Below, piece by piece: positions 37,182 to 51,704 of a stretch of DNA of 64,000 nt. This DNA is from the human T2T-CHM13v2.0 reference genome, Homo sapiens: assembly GCF_009914755.1 (NCBI RefSeq), contig NC_060930.1; one strand, written 5' to 3'. Positions within the stretch are counted from its first letter, which is position 1. Every line of letters begins with the position of its first letter. The translations under genes and the position numbers were made by a program. Under the pieces are notes generated by a model. It was not told where the DNA came from, did not search any database, and worked only from the letters and a program-made list of their open reading frames with translations.

Positions 37182-38814
37182 TGGCTTTTTTCATAATGGC
37201 AAATACATTAAAATTTTTGATTTATAATAAGTATAGCAGCATATAATAATTTATAAACAACTTTAAAATATGTTTAAATTTATCATACATATTTTGTGGG
37301 ATAAGTAAAAATAACTTTTTCTACCCCCTTTTTTTGAAATTCCAGAGTTTATAGATGACATACCAATTGCATGTTTCTTTCAATATATTATCAAAATTAG
37401 AATAAAACTTTTGCTAAATTTTATTGTGTGAAATTTCTAATAGAAAAATGGCAGTCATATAAGTGAAACTAGAAAATAAAAGTTTTAGATTTTATACATT
37501 TTTAATTTTTATTACAGTTGAGCTTCCAAAATTATGTTCAGTAATTTTATAAAGCATATTTTAGAATTAAAAACATAAGAAAATTTTGAATATTTCTTAA
37601 GGTTTTCATGAAATGTAAATTATAAGAGATTTTAACTTCATTTGTTGCCTGTAATATAGACCATGCAATATTGAGTAGTGATTAGAGTTAGACTCTGGAT
37701 TCAAATTTCTTGACTTTGAAAACTTCTGTGTGATTTTTCAGTGTCCTCTGGCTTATGTGCCTCAATGTTGTCTTCTTTAAAATAAGTATAATAGTAACTC
37801 ACTGGGTGGATATTAGAAATAATAATTAAATACAGGTGTAAATAATTAACTACAGGTGAAGACCAAGAAGTATGCTTAGACAATAGTAAGAGCTTAATTA
37901 GTGATAGCTATTTTATCATTAATATAATTTAGGCATTTTCTTTAAGAAAAAACTTAGAATGAACAGCCTCTCCATTTAACCTTGAAGGCCCTCTACTAAT
38001 GCCATTTCCTTTTTTGCAACTTTTAGAGTTCTCATTAGGTTTGAGCCAATTTTCTAATTTCTTGTATGAGCATTTTATTTGTATATTTGCATGTGGCAAA
38101 CCTACTGCAAATAATCTCTCTATAAAGCTAAATTTCCATGGCCTTTACATACTTAACTAATCCCTTTTAGTAAGATTTCTATGGTGAAGTCTGTATAATT
38201 GATTTTCTTCTGACTATAACATTTCAACCCTTATATACTTGTTTATATTGTGTTGATTTAGTTTCACATGTGGCCTTAGGGATTATCTCTAATAAATACA
38301 TACTTTATTCCTAGCATTCTTATAGTAGTTTACATGAGTGAAAAGGAAGAGATCCTGTACCATTTATGGTTTGATTTTGGAGATGAGATAACAAAAAATC
38401 AATAGAAAAATCCTTTACAAGACATGAGCATGCTGGGAATTGACAGCAAAGGAGTTGAGTATGAGTTGGGACCAGTCTAGGCTAGCTTTCAGAAGGTGAA
38501 TGGCTTGCAGAAAGCATAAGGTACAATTTCATAGAAAAAAAACCCAGAATATTTAGGAAGGAGCTGTATTACTAGCTACAATGCATGTGGTAGGAAAATG
38601 TAGGACTCTGTTTGGGACAGTAGAGATTATGGCTTCAATGGAGTGGCAAGCCCATGAGACTTGGGTATTAGAGGAGGATAAAGGTGGAAGGAGCTGAGAA
38701 AAAAGCTTGATTATAAGACACATGATTTGTTCATAAAATGATAAATGATGGAGAAAGGGGAGGTTTTCTATTGTTGATTTGATTTGAGAGTGACCTCATT
38801 TAAAGAATATTTCA

Positions 38815-39060
38815 GGAATGAGTTGTATAGCATGGTTAAATATAAGGGCTCTAGAGTAAAATGGCCTAGGTAGTAACCCTGTTTCAATTAGTTATAGTTG
38901 AATGACTTTAGATAATTACCTAATTTCCTTAAGTCCCAGTTTCCTCACTTCTTAAATGAGTATCAGAAAAATAACTACCCCTTAAAGATATTATAAAGAA
39001 TAAGTGAGATAGTGTATAAAAATATTTCATGGTGGCTGTCACATAAGTGCAAAATAAATA
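38815..39060 (+). mobile_element. MIR SINE
   Basis: 'gtatagcatggttaaa...gggctctagagt...tgactttagataattacctaat..cagtttcctcac'. Confidence 0.7.
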
Positions 39061-40129
39061 TGTATTACATAGCTATTAATGGACATGAAGAAATGACTAA
39101 ATGAGATTACTGTAATGCAAGTGAAGTTTTCAGCACATGCTTTAAACGTAACAGGCCCAAAACTTAACAGACACTTATTTATCCACCTCACAATCATCTG
39201 GACAGTTTTCTTTCCTAATGTCATGGAAACAGATCTGCTTACTGTAGTACAGATGAGAGGCATGACCCTCCTGGAGCTTGGCCTCTTACAGCTCCAGGAC
39301 TATCACTTTCCCATTTATGAAGCTGCAAAGGAAGACAAGCCTAACAAGCAAGAACCTTCAAAGACATTTGCCCCAGAGGATAGTGGATTAGTCACTCTGC
39401 TAACTGCCTAATTATGAAGTGTTTTTAATAAGATGCTGTAAAATAAAAAGTAGTGAGCATTTTTTTTTCTAGTCCTACAGCAGCAATAGAAGAAATAGGT
39501 GTATGTGTGTGTGAAAAACCATAACAATAATACTTTCGTTTGAGGGATACTTGATGTTTTTTAAAGCACTTTCGTATACATGATATTCACAGAAGCCTAT
39601 ATAGCAGAAAAATGAGTGTTATTATCTTTGTTTCAAAAAAGAAACATGTAAGATCCTTTGTAGTTATACAAAGAGTGCTTTGCTTCCTCACTTCCCCACT
39701 CGCAGGATTCTGCCTTTTACGTGTCCTGTGCCTTCATTTTGAAGCAGAATGAATCTATAAAGATTCCTTCTTTTGTTCTATACCCAGGTATACCCTACTT
39801 GGGCTGTGCTGTATGTTCTAATGATATATCAGTGAGTGGCATTATTTGGAGTTACATGTGTCCCTGCTGATGCACATCTATACAATTAGAATTTTGTGGT
39901 TTTGGTATGATGAGTATTTAGCTGTTCTTCTGAAGCGTCACTGTTTCTTTGGGTCACTCCTCGTAAGAAACAGTAGAACACAGAGAACAGTCGCTAACAC
40001 AGGGAATTTAGCTCCCTGGTTACTATGGCAGGGCGATAGTGGGTGTGGGGATACCTGCCTAGTTTATCTAAAAACATTGCTTACGTGTAAGTCAAACCCA
40101 AATGTCTCAGGCTTCTTCAGCCAGTAAGT

Positions 40130-40448
40130 GCGGATTGTAGCCATCAGCCTCAATCAGTTACGGTGAATACTGTGGTATGCTGCCCAGAGGCCCCTCGGGA
40201 TGAGGGGGATGCAAAGGCCTGGTCCTCTTGACTAAATTAAGGAAAATATGAACATCTCAAGTCCAGACTCCCCTTACAGACAGCTGAGGCCTCTGGTGCA
40301 ACTACTTTGCAATTCAACTTTTGCCTCTGTTCGCTCCTGTTTCCCTCACTGCCTTCCAAGTATTTGTTACTAAGAGCATTCTCTAATAAACTTTGTGCAT
40401 GCAAATCTCCATGGCACAGACTGTTTCCAAGGAATTTGACCTAAGATG
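40130..40448 (+). mobile_element. LTR16-like ERVL LTR
   Basis: 'gctgaggcctctggtgcaact...ctaataaactttgtgcatgcaaatctcc...gtttccaaggaatttgacctaaga'. Confidence 0.65.
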
Positions 40449-42039
40449 CAGTTATTAAGTTTCAGGGGCTGAGAATACACACTCTTAACTTCAGGAATTA
40501 CAATCCATTATAGACTCTCCCTCTCCAAAGATTTTTAGAAATCCTCAGGACTTGTTTGCACATGTGTGCCAAGTATCAGATTCGCCTGTTGGTGATTTCT
40601 GTGCATCATCAATCCAAGACTTTACTTTTTCCTATTCTGAGAATACATTCCTATTACATTCCTACATTTCCTATTCTAAGAATTCTATATAATCCCATTC
40701 TAAGAGGCTACACCAAACTGGAACTGTGTTTCTATTACTTTCCCTGAGGCTAAGGTGCCAGACGAATTGGGATTCTCCTTCAACCTAATTTCTGCTACTG
40801 CACCCTAGTGAAAGGGATGAGTGACACTGCTATTACCACGCAAACAGGAGAATGTTCCTTTGGTATTTTATTCCTTGGGTAGAGGGGAAGGGATTCTCAG
40901 GGCATGGTTGAGTCTATCTTGTCCATTGCATTTGACTGGAAATTTTTGCACTTCAAATGGTGGGAGCTGTACTTAGGTGTCTAACCAGCCCCTATGTAGA
41001 TCAGCAGATGCCACTGGGTACTGTGAACATAATGTCATCATGAGGCACAGTAAATTCCTGTTTTATGGTAATTGGTATAGGGCTTTGTCCTGCAATCTCC
41101 TCCTTTTTATCTTTGTAACATTTTGTCTTTGAAGGGCAGGATGGAGTTCTGATATTACTGGCAATTAGAATTAGGCCAGCTAATAGAAAGTTAAAAAGTA
41201 AGAGGGACCAGGACAGAATTCTATCTCAAATAGCATAAAACAGAAATTTACTGTGTCTTATGATGGCATTAGAATAAATTATCTGAAGAAATGTTAAAAG
41301 TCTTTGTTCTATATTTATTGAGTTCAAACACTTTGGCTCAATACCAGTACCTGTCTATGGAACAGGCTTTCAATTTTAAAGAAAATTGGTAAATCTTTTA
41401 AAAAGCATTAAATTACTCTTAACTGAATAGTGTTGGGTGGAAAAGAGTTCAGATGTTAAATTGTAAAACAATTTATATCAACATATACCTACATTTTATT
41501 CATATATTGATGAAGCATGAGCAACTTGTTGAGGAGGAATCTGGCATAGCTTCCTTTAGCTTCATTTATAAAGTAAGGTTTTTTTTTTTTTTTTAAAAAT
41601 AGAATGGTCTCAAATGTGTTTTTATTAACAATGATGCTCTGTTATTATAATCCACCTTCACATATAACAATTTCAATTTTTCAAAAGCAAGGTTTACTTT
41701 TGGAATTATGCATTTCCAAAACAATAGCTTTCTAACATTTCATTTTTAAAAAGTAAACTTTTGGAAAGAATGCCAGAGCTACTATCCAAAGAGAGATGTC
41801 TGATTAGAAGTTTATGAATTAACCACTGTCTAATTGTTAAACAAGTATGCTGTTTGTCTGTTTAGCTCATATACCTTTCACAGTAATTATAAACCACTAA
41901 TAAGTAAAAATTATTTGAATTTCATAAGCTATTTTAATTTTTATTCTTATTTCACACTCAAAAATCAAACATATTACTTTCATATATTAGCATACTTTAA
42001 TATTTAAGTTCAAAGACAGCTAATTTTTGAATCTGTTTG

Positions 42040-42243
42040 TTTTTCCTTTGAGACAGAGTCTCACTCTGTCACCCAGGCTGGAGTTTGGTGGTACGACCTT
42101 GGCTCACTGCAGCCTCAACCTCCCAGGCTCAGATGATCCTCCCACTGCAGTCTCCAAAGCAGCTGAGATTATAGGCATACACCATAATACCCAGCTAATT
42201 TTTCGTAGAGACGGGGTTTCACCATGTTGCCCAGGCTGGTCTC
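42040..42243 (-). mobile_element. AluJ-like, truncated, antisense
   Basis: 'gagacagagtctcactctgtcacccaggctggag...gcagcctcaacctcccaggctc'; stops abruptly at 'ccaggctggtctc'. Confidence 0.88.
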
Positions 42244-42470
42244 ATAATCTTCCTATGTTGTGGGAGAGACCCAGTGGGAGGGTTTTCCTGTGCTGTTCTC
42301 ATGATAGCAAATAAGTCTCAGGAGATCTGATGGTTTTATAAAGGTCAGTTCCCCTGCACATGTTGTCTTGCCTGCCACCATGTAAGATGTGCCTTTGCTC
42401 CTCCTTCAACTTCTGCCATGATTGTGAGGCCTCCCCAGTCATGTGGAACTGTGAGTCCATTAAACCTCTT
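42244..42470 (+). mobile_element. THE1 LTR fragment, both ends missing
   Basis: 'gtgggagagacccagtggg...gagatctgatggttttata...gaactgtgagtccattaaacctctt'. Confidence 0.88.
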
Positions 42471-45400
42471 AAAAAAAAAAAAATAGAATGGTCTATATTT
42501 TGAGTGAACTCAGTGAGAATTATTCTAAAGAAGTTAATTGAGAAAAATGTTTCCAAGGATTGAGCTCTACCACTAAGAATAGGCTTCAAAAAGTTTTTCA
42601 CAATAAAGTCTCTTTCCTGATAGTCATTTTAAGGCAGGAATCAAATACTCTCTAACCATAATGATAAATTCCAGTTAAGGAGAGCTAGGGGGACTACAGA
42701 AGTGGAAGGAAAAATATACAAAATATAAATGTATTGTTAAATCACCACTTCATCACTTAATTAACAAATTTCTTGATGTTTCCCCTGAATCTTACTTTTC
42801 AACATGTTAAATCCTGTTATTTAACTGTGCTATATGCCAGAGTGTTCTCTGACCCCCATCAATTATTGCTATTCTGCCCCAATTTTTATAAATTTAATTT
42901 GCCCCTAAGTCTTCATTTGTTTCACCTTACTTTCTTATAACTGTCAAAATCTTGTCTTGAAAGTGGTAAACTATACACATTTTAGAATTAGAAGGCTTTT
43001 AAGAATTGAAGTTTATTTTGCTGTATACTCTGCCACTGCACAAAAATAATTTAAACTTCCTCAATAGTCTTTTCTGACAGTGGTAGAAATTTACCACTAA
43101 TTATAAAGGATGAAGAAAATCTGGAGTCTTAGCATACACAGCTAGTGCTCAAAACATTTCTTGCCTTTTATTTTTATTTGTTATCCTCTGCATTAGAAAT
43201 GACAGTGTTTGATGGTGACTTACTGAAGAGCTAAACATCCTTTCACCTGGAACTTTTTGTTCTCATCATACATTTTCTTCCATGAGCATGTTATTATCTA
43301 CACCTTGATATCTTTGCAGATCCTCTTTCATCTGTTGTCCCCTGATAAATTTCTAATCTTCAAAATGGAGTTCATTTTTCATTTTATATTATAGATGTAC
43401 TTGCCACCTGTCCCTTTCTCTTCAGTAGGGTCTTTGTGGTTGCTCTCAGAACTTGAGGGTCAACCAGTTCTCTGTCATCTCATCTTGGCATTTGGTAAGA
43501 TGAGGATTTGGGCCCTAAGTCTTGACTTTTTAAATTTTGCTAATTGCCATTCTGTTTTGACAATTTGAAGTGAATTGCACAATTAAAAGGCACAAATGTG
43601 ATTACAGAGTCAAGTCACTTCAAATATGTTTTTTAAACATCAAACTGGCTGGTAGAGTCCACTGGCATATTATTCCATAAAGATACTCTGTAGACTCAGG
43701 TTCACATTCAGACTGAGATGCTCCACCTTATTTATTTTTGAATCAATAAACACCAAACTAATACTTCCACGTTTCTCAAGAAGTGGGCAAATTTTAGAGA
43801 CAACTTTATATAGTAGAACATTCTATCCAATAATCCAAAATAGTACTAAAATTACCAACTTACAGATTCATAGATATCTTTTAAAGATTTTCTTAAGCTT
43901 ATGTAATAAAAGAAATTTTAGTTTTACAGTAGATCTTCACAATTTAATACAAATAAACTGCATTGTAACTTGCTATTCAGCTAGTTTTTATGTATGCTAT
44001 GTACAGACAGGCTATGCATGGATAAAGGTGCAAGAGTAATGTTTAGCTTTATATATTTACACACATGCCAATATAATGATAAAGTATTACCTATATTTCT
44101 CATATTGAGCTTGAGTTTTCCTGCATTTCCTCTAAGAAATACCAGATGGAAGAGCTGATAAAAAGATACACAAATTAATATTGAAGTGATGAAGTTTGAC
44201 CTTTTTAATATGAAAATCTTGCCAAACTTTCCATATTGACATGGCAACATTTTATGAATAAATCTAATATCTTATAGATTTAGCACAATTCAAAAGTCAC
44301 CATCTGTTTCAAGAAGTGAAGGCTCTCACATAGTTTCCTGGCTCTAAGACTACCAGCATGCAATCCATAGCTTATATAATATTAACTACCAGGAACATGT
44401 GAAAAGTTTTTATATATTTTAGAAAATTAGAAACATAGGTAACATTTTTAATTACTGTCAAAATTATAGATAATAGAGTATGGATATTCTTTTTTCTTAA
44501 ATGAAATTGAATGGTCTCTTGCTCATTCTCCATATTGAGTTATAGGTCAATACCATCTGGTCAAGCAAGCTGCAATGCAGAGGATATATGTGGGGAAAGG
44601 GCAGATAACTGGAATCTGATGTTGAGCAGAGGTGTCTGAGAGCCTTTAACAAATTAAATATGGGTATTATAAGAAGTAGTCTATTTTCTATAAATTACTT
44701 ACTAATATCTTAATTTGATATGACCAAAATCAATCCTACTCAGAATCATTCTTCCCATTTTGTGAAGTTAATGCGGATTTTGCATTACAATAAATTTCTT
44801 TCTTAAACAACTGTGAGAAATGAGCTAATTAAAATGAATTTTAAAAAATCTGCACCAATTTACATATATAATATGTATGAGGTTTTATCCCATAGACATG
44901 GAGACGTCAACAGGAGATAAAAATTAGTCCTTTTATAAAACTTAGCAGTTTTTATTTTGTTTTCTGAACCAAATATTATCAAAGGTAATGTGATAAATAT
45001 GTCTACAATGATTTCACTTGACATATGTTTGGGTTTTAGCAAATACTAATAAGGGTTCTTGCTGCCCAACTATTAGAAACTTTTCCAGCCTCTGTCCAGA
45101 TGATCTTAAACCATGCATTTCTTTACACCGAGCTATTAAAAAGTGGCTATTGGAGATGTGTTGCTCTGGCAGTAATACAGTTCTTGGCCAACATCCCACT
45201 TTGGCTACCCTAAGAGTTTGCTAACCAAAATAAATTATTAGGTATTAGGGTGTACCTTCAATAGACATGGATAACTTTATACCTCTGGATAAATCTTTGA
45301 GGAAATGTTCTCAGGAGTGTTAGTAGCATCTAAGGAAGGGGGAATAGGCTATGTGCCTTTAAAACATGCAGATAACACAGTAAATCACCTAGAATAAAGG

Positions 45401-45906
45401 ACACAGGGCTTTTTTAGAGAATAGAATACTGGGTAAAAGTTAGCTTTTGTGTAAAACAGACACTAAAGGTGCCAGAAAATTTTAAACTTCAGAAACTTAA
45501 AAAAGTGTATATATATAGTAAGACAATTTTTCTGAACTTCCCCAAAAGAGAATAACCCTTGTGAAAACCAATAGCTCTCTCTATGTGATCCCTTTCAAAA
45601 TTCGCTGAAATGAAAGACAAACTGTGCATGAGTATGAATTACAGTGTACCTGTAGAACTGTGATCTCTGCTCCATTTCATTTAAGAAGAACTTCTACCTT
45701 GATACTGAATTGACCTCAGTCACTACAAGTGGCTTATTCAAGTTTGTTCTACTTCTCCCTTCTGTCCTACAGATGTAAGATAGATTTAGTTGGAGGAAGT
45801 ACTGGCTAATAACAGAATAAAAAATAATAGCTAATAACAAAAAATAAAGCCATATTTTACAAGTTGGGCTTATGGTTTATTAATTTTTGAAAATAAGTTT
45901 TTATTA

Positions 45907-46178
45907 GGCTGGGCATGGTGGATCATGCCTGTAATCCCAGTACTTTAGGAGGGCCGTGGAGGGTGGATCACCTGAGGTCAGGAGTTCAAGACCAGCCTGG
46001 CCAACATGGAGAAACCTGTTCTCTACTAAAAATACAAAAGTTAGCCAGGTGTGGGGACGCACGCCTGTAATCCCAGCTATTTGGGTGGCTGAGGCAGGAG
46101 AATCACTTGAACCTGGAAGTTGGAGGTTGCAGTGGGAGCGTGGGCAACAGAGCGAGACTCTTTCAAAAAAAAAAAAAA
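45907..46178 (+). mobile_element. AluS with right-arm internal deletion
   Basis: Alu body with junction 'gcagtgggagcg|tgggcaacagagcgagac'; poly-A; flanks share 'aagttttta'. Confidence 0.92.
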
Positions 46179-46609
46179 GTTTTTAGCCATCATGCTATTT
46201 TTTTTATTGTCAAGAAATACTTTAATATTGAAGACATCGTGTCAACATTCATATGATGAAAAAGGAACCTAACTCACATGCTTTTTAGGGAGAAATTTAC
46301 CCTGCATTTGCATAGTGAGAGTTTTGTTAGTGAGAATTAAGTTGGAAAAAGCCGTACCAAAAGACCTTTAAATTCTAAATTTTGCCCAGTTAATGATGAA
46401 GTAAGACTAAACAGATGAGACAGCAAGAGAAGGTGACATAAACAACTGGACAGATAAAGCAAAGGCAATCGTAAATCCAGGGACATCCACAATGACAGGA
46501 ATCAGAAGCCTCAAGCTATGTATCTCTATTTTCCCTGCCCTCTGGCAGGAATCTTCTCTCATGTACATTGTATCTTACTGGCCTAAACTTTTAAGAAACT
46601 TATGTTCTC

Positions 46610-46915
<306 letters not shown>

Positions 46916-47049
46916 AAGAAACTTATGTTCTCCCTTTTTCATCAGTTTTCTATGTATTAACAATTTCTACTCAACTGGTAATTCCAATTAATTAAACACA
47001 CTGAAATTTCTTTCATGTTACATTTTTTTCTCTTGATTCCTCACTTTAC

Positions 47050-47800
47050 CTCTTTTTATACTTCCAAATTAAAACTTCAAAGAGTTGTATATACATATTA
47101 CCTTGATTTTTCTCTAATCGGGCTTCTTCCTCTATCCTGCTACACTGAAGTCTTCAGGTCATGGAATCATGTGGACAGTCCAGTGGACTGGAGCATTCGA
47201 TAAACTTTGCCATTGCCTTCCATGACACTCTACTCCTTTTTTGGCTGTTACTTCCTACTTACTCCTTGTCAGACTCTTTTATGATTTCATCTTTCAGTAT
47301 ACAGTTATTAAATGTTAGCTCATCAAGAGTCATTCTAGGCAATTTTTTTCTACTGTATACTCTCATCCTTTCCCATGGTTTCAATTATCGTCTGCACAGT
47401 GATGACTCATGAATTCATATTTTCCAACCAGATCCCTTCTCTGACCTTTACTTCCATATATTCAATGGAAAATTCCACTTTGTATTTCAAAGGCACCTTA
47501 ATCTCAGCATGCTTAAACTTAAACTCACGATCTTCTCAATCTAACCTGCTCTTCTTGCATTGTTTATTATTATCTCTGTGGATGATCTGCTATCCAATTG
47601 CACATAAGGAAATGAATATTAGTTTTTGACACCTCTATTTTCACTCCTAGTATTTAATGAGTCATTTTGCTCCTAATTATGTCATAAATATGTCACTTTA
47701 GTCCAAGCCACCATTATATCTTACTTGGATATACAGTAACCCTCTAACTGGCTTCCTCAATTATTCCTTAACATAGCTGCAAGGCCAGACAGCATTTGCA
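47050..47800 (-). mobile_element. L2 fragment, antisense
   Basis: 'cccatggtttcaattatc...gatgactc...ccagatcc', 'tagtccaagccaccattatatcttacttggat...cctctaactgg'. Confidence 0.65.
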
Positions 47801-47924
47801 AACTGTCTACCTTTCAAACTTTGTTTTTCATTACTAAGGCACCCTCTTCTGCTTCTCTGTTCAAAACACGCTGTTCTTTGCGGTCTCTGAATCTGTATAT
47901 GCCATGGTTTTTTCTAGCATAGGG

Positions 47925-48185
47925 TTTTGTTTTATTGATAGATTGATTGATTGAGTCTTGCTCTGATCCCAAGGCTGGAGTGCAGTGGCAGGATCTCGGC
48001 TCACTGCAACCTCTGCCTCCTGGGTTCAAAGGGGATTCTCCCGCCTCAGCCTCCTGAGTAGCTGGGATTACAGGCACGTGCCACCATGCCTAATTTTTTT
48101 GTATTTTTAGTAGAGATGGGGTTTCACCATGTTGGCCAGGCTGGTCTTGAACTCCTGACCTCAGGTGATCCAGCCACCTCCCAAA
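47925..48185 (-). mobile_element. AluS, antisense, 5'-truncated
   Basis: (GATT)n-modified tail; Alu body to 'ggtgatccagccacctcccaaa'. Confidence 0.9.
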
Positions 48186-50182
48186 TGGTTTTTTCATGTA
48201 CTCTTCCCTTGCCTGAAACTCATAACCACTGCTTTGCCTGTGTTTTCTTTTACTAAGTTTATCTCTATTCATTTTTAAAGCTCTTTGGTCTCTCTAGCAC
48301 AGGCTAGGTTACTTTTTTAAGCCTTCCTGCATCATGTTTCTTTCATTAACAACATATCTCAAATTATTCCTTTATTAGTGTGTCTACTTGTCAGTCACCC
48401 TCACTAAACCATATACACATAAGAATTAGTTTTTTTTTCTGTTTTGGCTTACCATTGAATTCTAGTAGCTTAGTATAGTGCTACAAGTAGAGTAAGAAAC
48501 ATTTGTTAAATGAATATATGAAACTAAATATAGAACAAAACCAGGAGAAACAGAAAAATGAGATGCAAATATTAAGACATCGAGAGCATGCTTAGCAGAT
48601 GAGCACTCAACAGTTTTAAATTAATGATATATAATATGTAATATATAGTCCTAGGGTCAGCCTACTCTCACTTTGAGCTCTTGTAGGCTATTGCCTATAA
48701 CACAGAGCAGATTTGCATTTTTACATTCATAGGGATATCTCCTTTTTACTTTCTTAAGTTTTGATAAAATTAATCTAAACACTTGGAAAGTCCTTTTCAG
48801 TTTTACTGGAAGCATCAATATTTATTTTACAGGTTGTTTTTTTCCTGAGGCTATCTCAGAATCTGAATGGTTTGAGGACTGCTCTATTAAGTTATTACTT
48901 AAAAGTAAAGAAGAAAATCATTTCTCTAAGAATTTAACCCCCGAATAGCAATTATTTCATGTATAACTGAAAGTACTATTGTTTGTATAAATTGTTGACA
49001 TTGTATAAAATGATGTTCTTATTAATAGAAATGCCTTTTAAACAGTTTTCTGTTATTTAGCTTCTCATCTGGTTCTTTTTAGTGATCAACAGCAAACACT
49101 TAGAAATGGTTGAAATATTTGTCTGTTGCTCTGAAGGAGTTTGTTTTGTCTGTATAGAACTCAGTGTTGCAAAGGGTATACGTAATTTACAAATAATGAT
49201 TTCATTACCTTAGAGTAATTTCATTGCCTTCTTGTTATAAGCAAATGAATTGCCCAGCCCAGACACCCTCATTTCTTCATTCATTCAGACATTTACTGAG
49301 TATCTCCTATTTGTCAGATGCCCTGTTAAGTGCATTAAAAATGAGTAAGAAACCATCTCTGCCTGTAAGAAGTTTCATTTTCAGATTGGTGTCCATTTTG
49401 TTGATGTGATTTTCAGACTGATGCAGTTTCAGAGAAAGTTTATTTGATTTATATAAACTTCATAGGTTAGCCAAGATTCCTGCTGATCAGACTAACTTAT
49501 CTAATTGTCATTTTAAAGACGAACTCAGTCACAGAATATTTTTCAATGACATAGAGTAACTTTGGAGACCATTATTACTATATGAAAAATTTGAGCTATA
49601 CTGATGAAAAATTTTGAATTCTTAGTTGCTGCATGTAAATTTTGTTTAGTAATGCCCCTGAGATGTGATCATCATTTAGCAATTTCTCTTTTCTGATGTT
49701 TTATAATTTTGAAGCATAAATGAATTCAAAGACTGATTTCCAAAAATTTATATAATCCAGAAAGACATTTCCGTTTAACATTCTGTTGGTTTTGGTTTTT
49801 CTTTTCTACTGAGTTTTCTTTTTTTGTGCAGTCAATGGCTCCCACTAACCAATTCCTAGCAGCTGTACTCCATAGATATTTTGTTGAACAATAAAACTGG
49901 ATGTTAGTTTTAACTGAACAACTTGATGCTTTAATTTATTTGCTTGCACCATAATATTTTCAAATAAAATTGATTTACTCTGTGTGCAATTTGATTCCCA
50001 TAGGATAGTATTAAATTATAGCTTAGTTCAATTTGTAGTTCATTCCACCAAATTATAAAAATAAGTAAAACAAAAGCAAAAATAAAAAAGTAAACAAAAC
50101 AATTTTCAGATGGACTTTTAAAATTCTTTTCACTTTTGGGTGGCTGTTACACACGTAAATAACATTTAAAAAATAGAGTTCA

Positions 50183-50498
50183 GGCCGGGCATGGTGGCTC
50201 ATGCCTGTAATCCCAAGACTTTGGTAGGCCTAGGAGGATGAATCATGAGGTCAGGAGTTTGAGACCAGCCTGGCCGGCATGGTGAAACCCCATCTCTACT
50301 AAAACAAACAAACAACAACAACAAAAAACTAGCCAGGCGTGGTGGTGCACATCTGTAGTCCCAACTACTTGGGGAGGTTGAGGCAGGAGAATCGCTTGAA
50401 CCCGGGAGGCGGAGGTTGTAGTGAGCTGAGATCACACCACTGCGCTCCAGACTGGGTGACAGAGCAAGACTCCATCTCAAAACAAACGAACAAACAAA
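50183..50498 (+). mobile_element. AluS (Sg/Sc-like)
   Basis: ggccgggcatggtggctc...; expanded A/C-rich linker and (CAAA) tail. Confidence 0.93.
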
Positions 50499-51704
50499 AT
50501 TTCAGCACGAAAGAACTACCGTGGAGTACAGTACTTACCGTATTGTGATAGGGGTGAATGCATTTGTGTTAATGCTGTAATTAGCAGAAACAGTCAAAAT
50601 ATTTTGAGAATTTCCACACCCATATTTAACTGATGGCCTTCCTTCCACAAGAAATAAATGAAGAAACTGCTTTCCACAATTATTCCCATTACCTTTAAGA
50701 AAAAAAGAATATATTAGTAATTATTGTAGATTTATATTTTATTGGTTAACAATAATTAAACACAATCTTTGCCATCAAAGACTAATGATTTAGGGGGTTG
50801 GTAGGAGTGCTATTAGATAATTATTCAGTGTAATAAGTACCATATTAGAAACGTACATTATTGTCCACAGGCTGAGGATAGCATGGTATTAACAGCATTA
50901 ACTTGACATGAATTTTAACTTTTGATTCTGTTACCTAGTAGCTAGATGTCCTTAACTATTTTAAACCTGTTTCCCCATATGTTAAAATGGGGTAGTGAGA
51001 GTAACTACTGTGAGTATTAGAACTCCTGTGATAATTAAATAAAATAATAAATGAAAAGTGCCATGTTGAGTTTTTAATAACTTGTATTATTATTGAATCT
51101 AATGTTTAAATTTTATTTTTGATTTCTAATTTCTTATGTTTATTTGTATTTTAATTACAAAGGAATATGCATCTTCTATCAAAATAATAGAGAAATATAT
51201 AGAGAAAAGAGATAAATATTTCTTTTCCCCAATCTCATTCTTCATCCCCACTTTGAAATGTTCTTTTCTACCACCTATCTCCCCACATACAAATATTTAC
51301 ATATCCCAATTTTATTTTTAAAAATGAGATCATACTTTATTCATAAATTCATAAATGGCTTCATTCATCTTTCTCTTTTTGCTTAAAATTTGGACATCTG
51401 TCCCTGGAAGCCCATGGATCTCTCTTTTTAACTTTCCTAATTGAAGTATAACTTGTACAGAAAATCACAGAAATTATAAGCATAAAGCTCAGTAAGTAAT
51501 CACAAAGTGAACCCGCTCACCTAAACATCACCCAAATTAAGGAAAGGACCATCATCTGCATTGTCAGAAGTCCTACCAATCACTATTCTTTTCTGCTCTT
51601 CATCAAAAGTAACCACTATCTTGATGTTTAACAGCTATAGTTAGTTTTACTTGATTTTAATCTTCCTATTAGTGGAATCATATTGTATGGATTCTTTAAG
51701 TCTA

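Larger units (their letters stand above)
41595..42494 (+). mobile_element. Putative L1-mediated retroposed insert (unique DNA + truncated AluJ + truncated THE1 + poly(A)) with 16-bp TSD
   Basis: aaaaatagaatggtct at 41595-41610 and 42479-42494; TTTT/AA site at 41591-41596; poly(A) from 42471. Confidence 0.7.
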
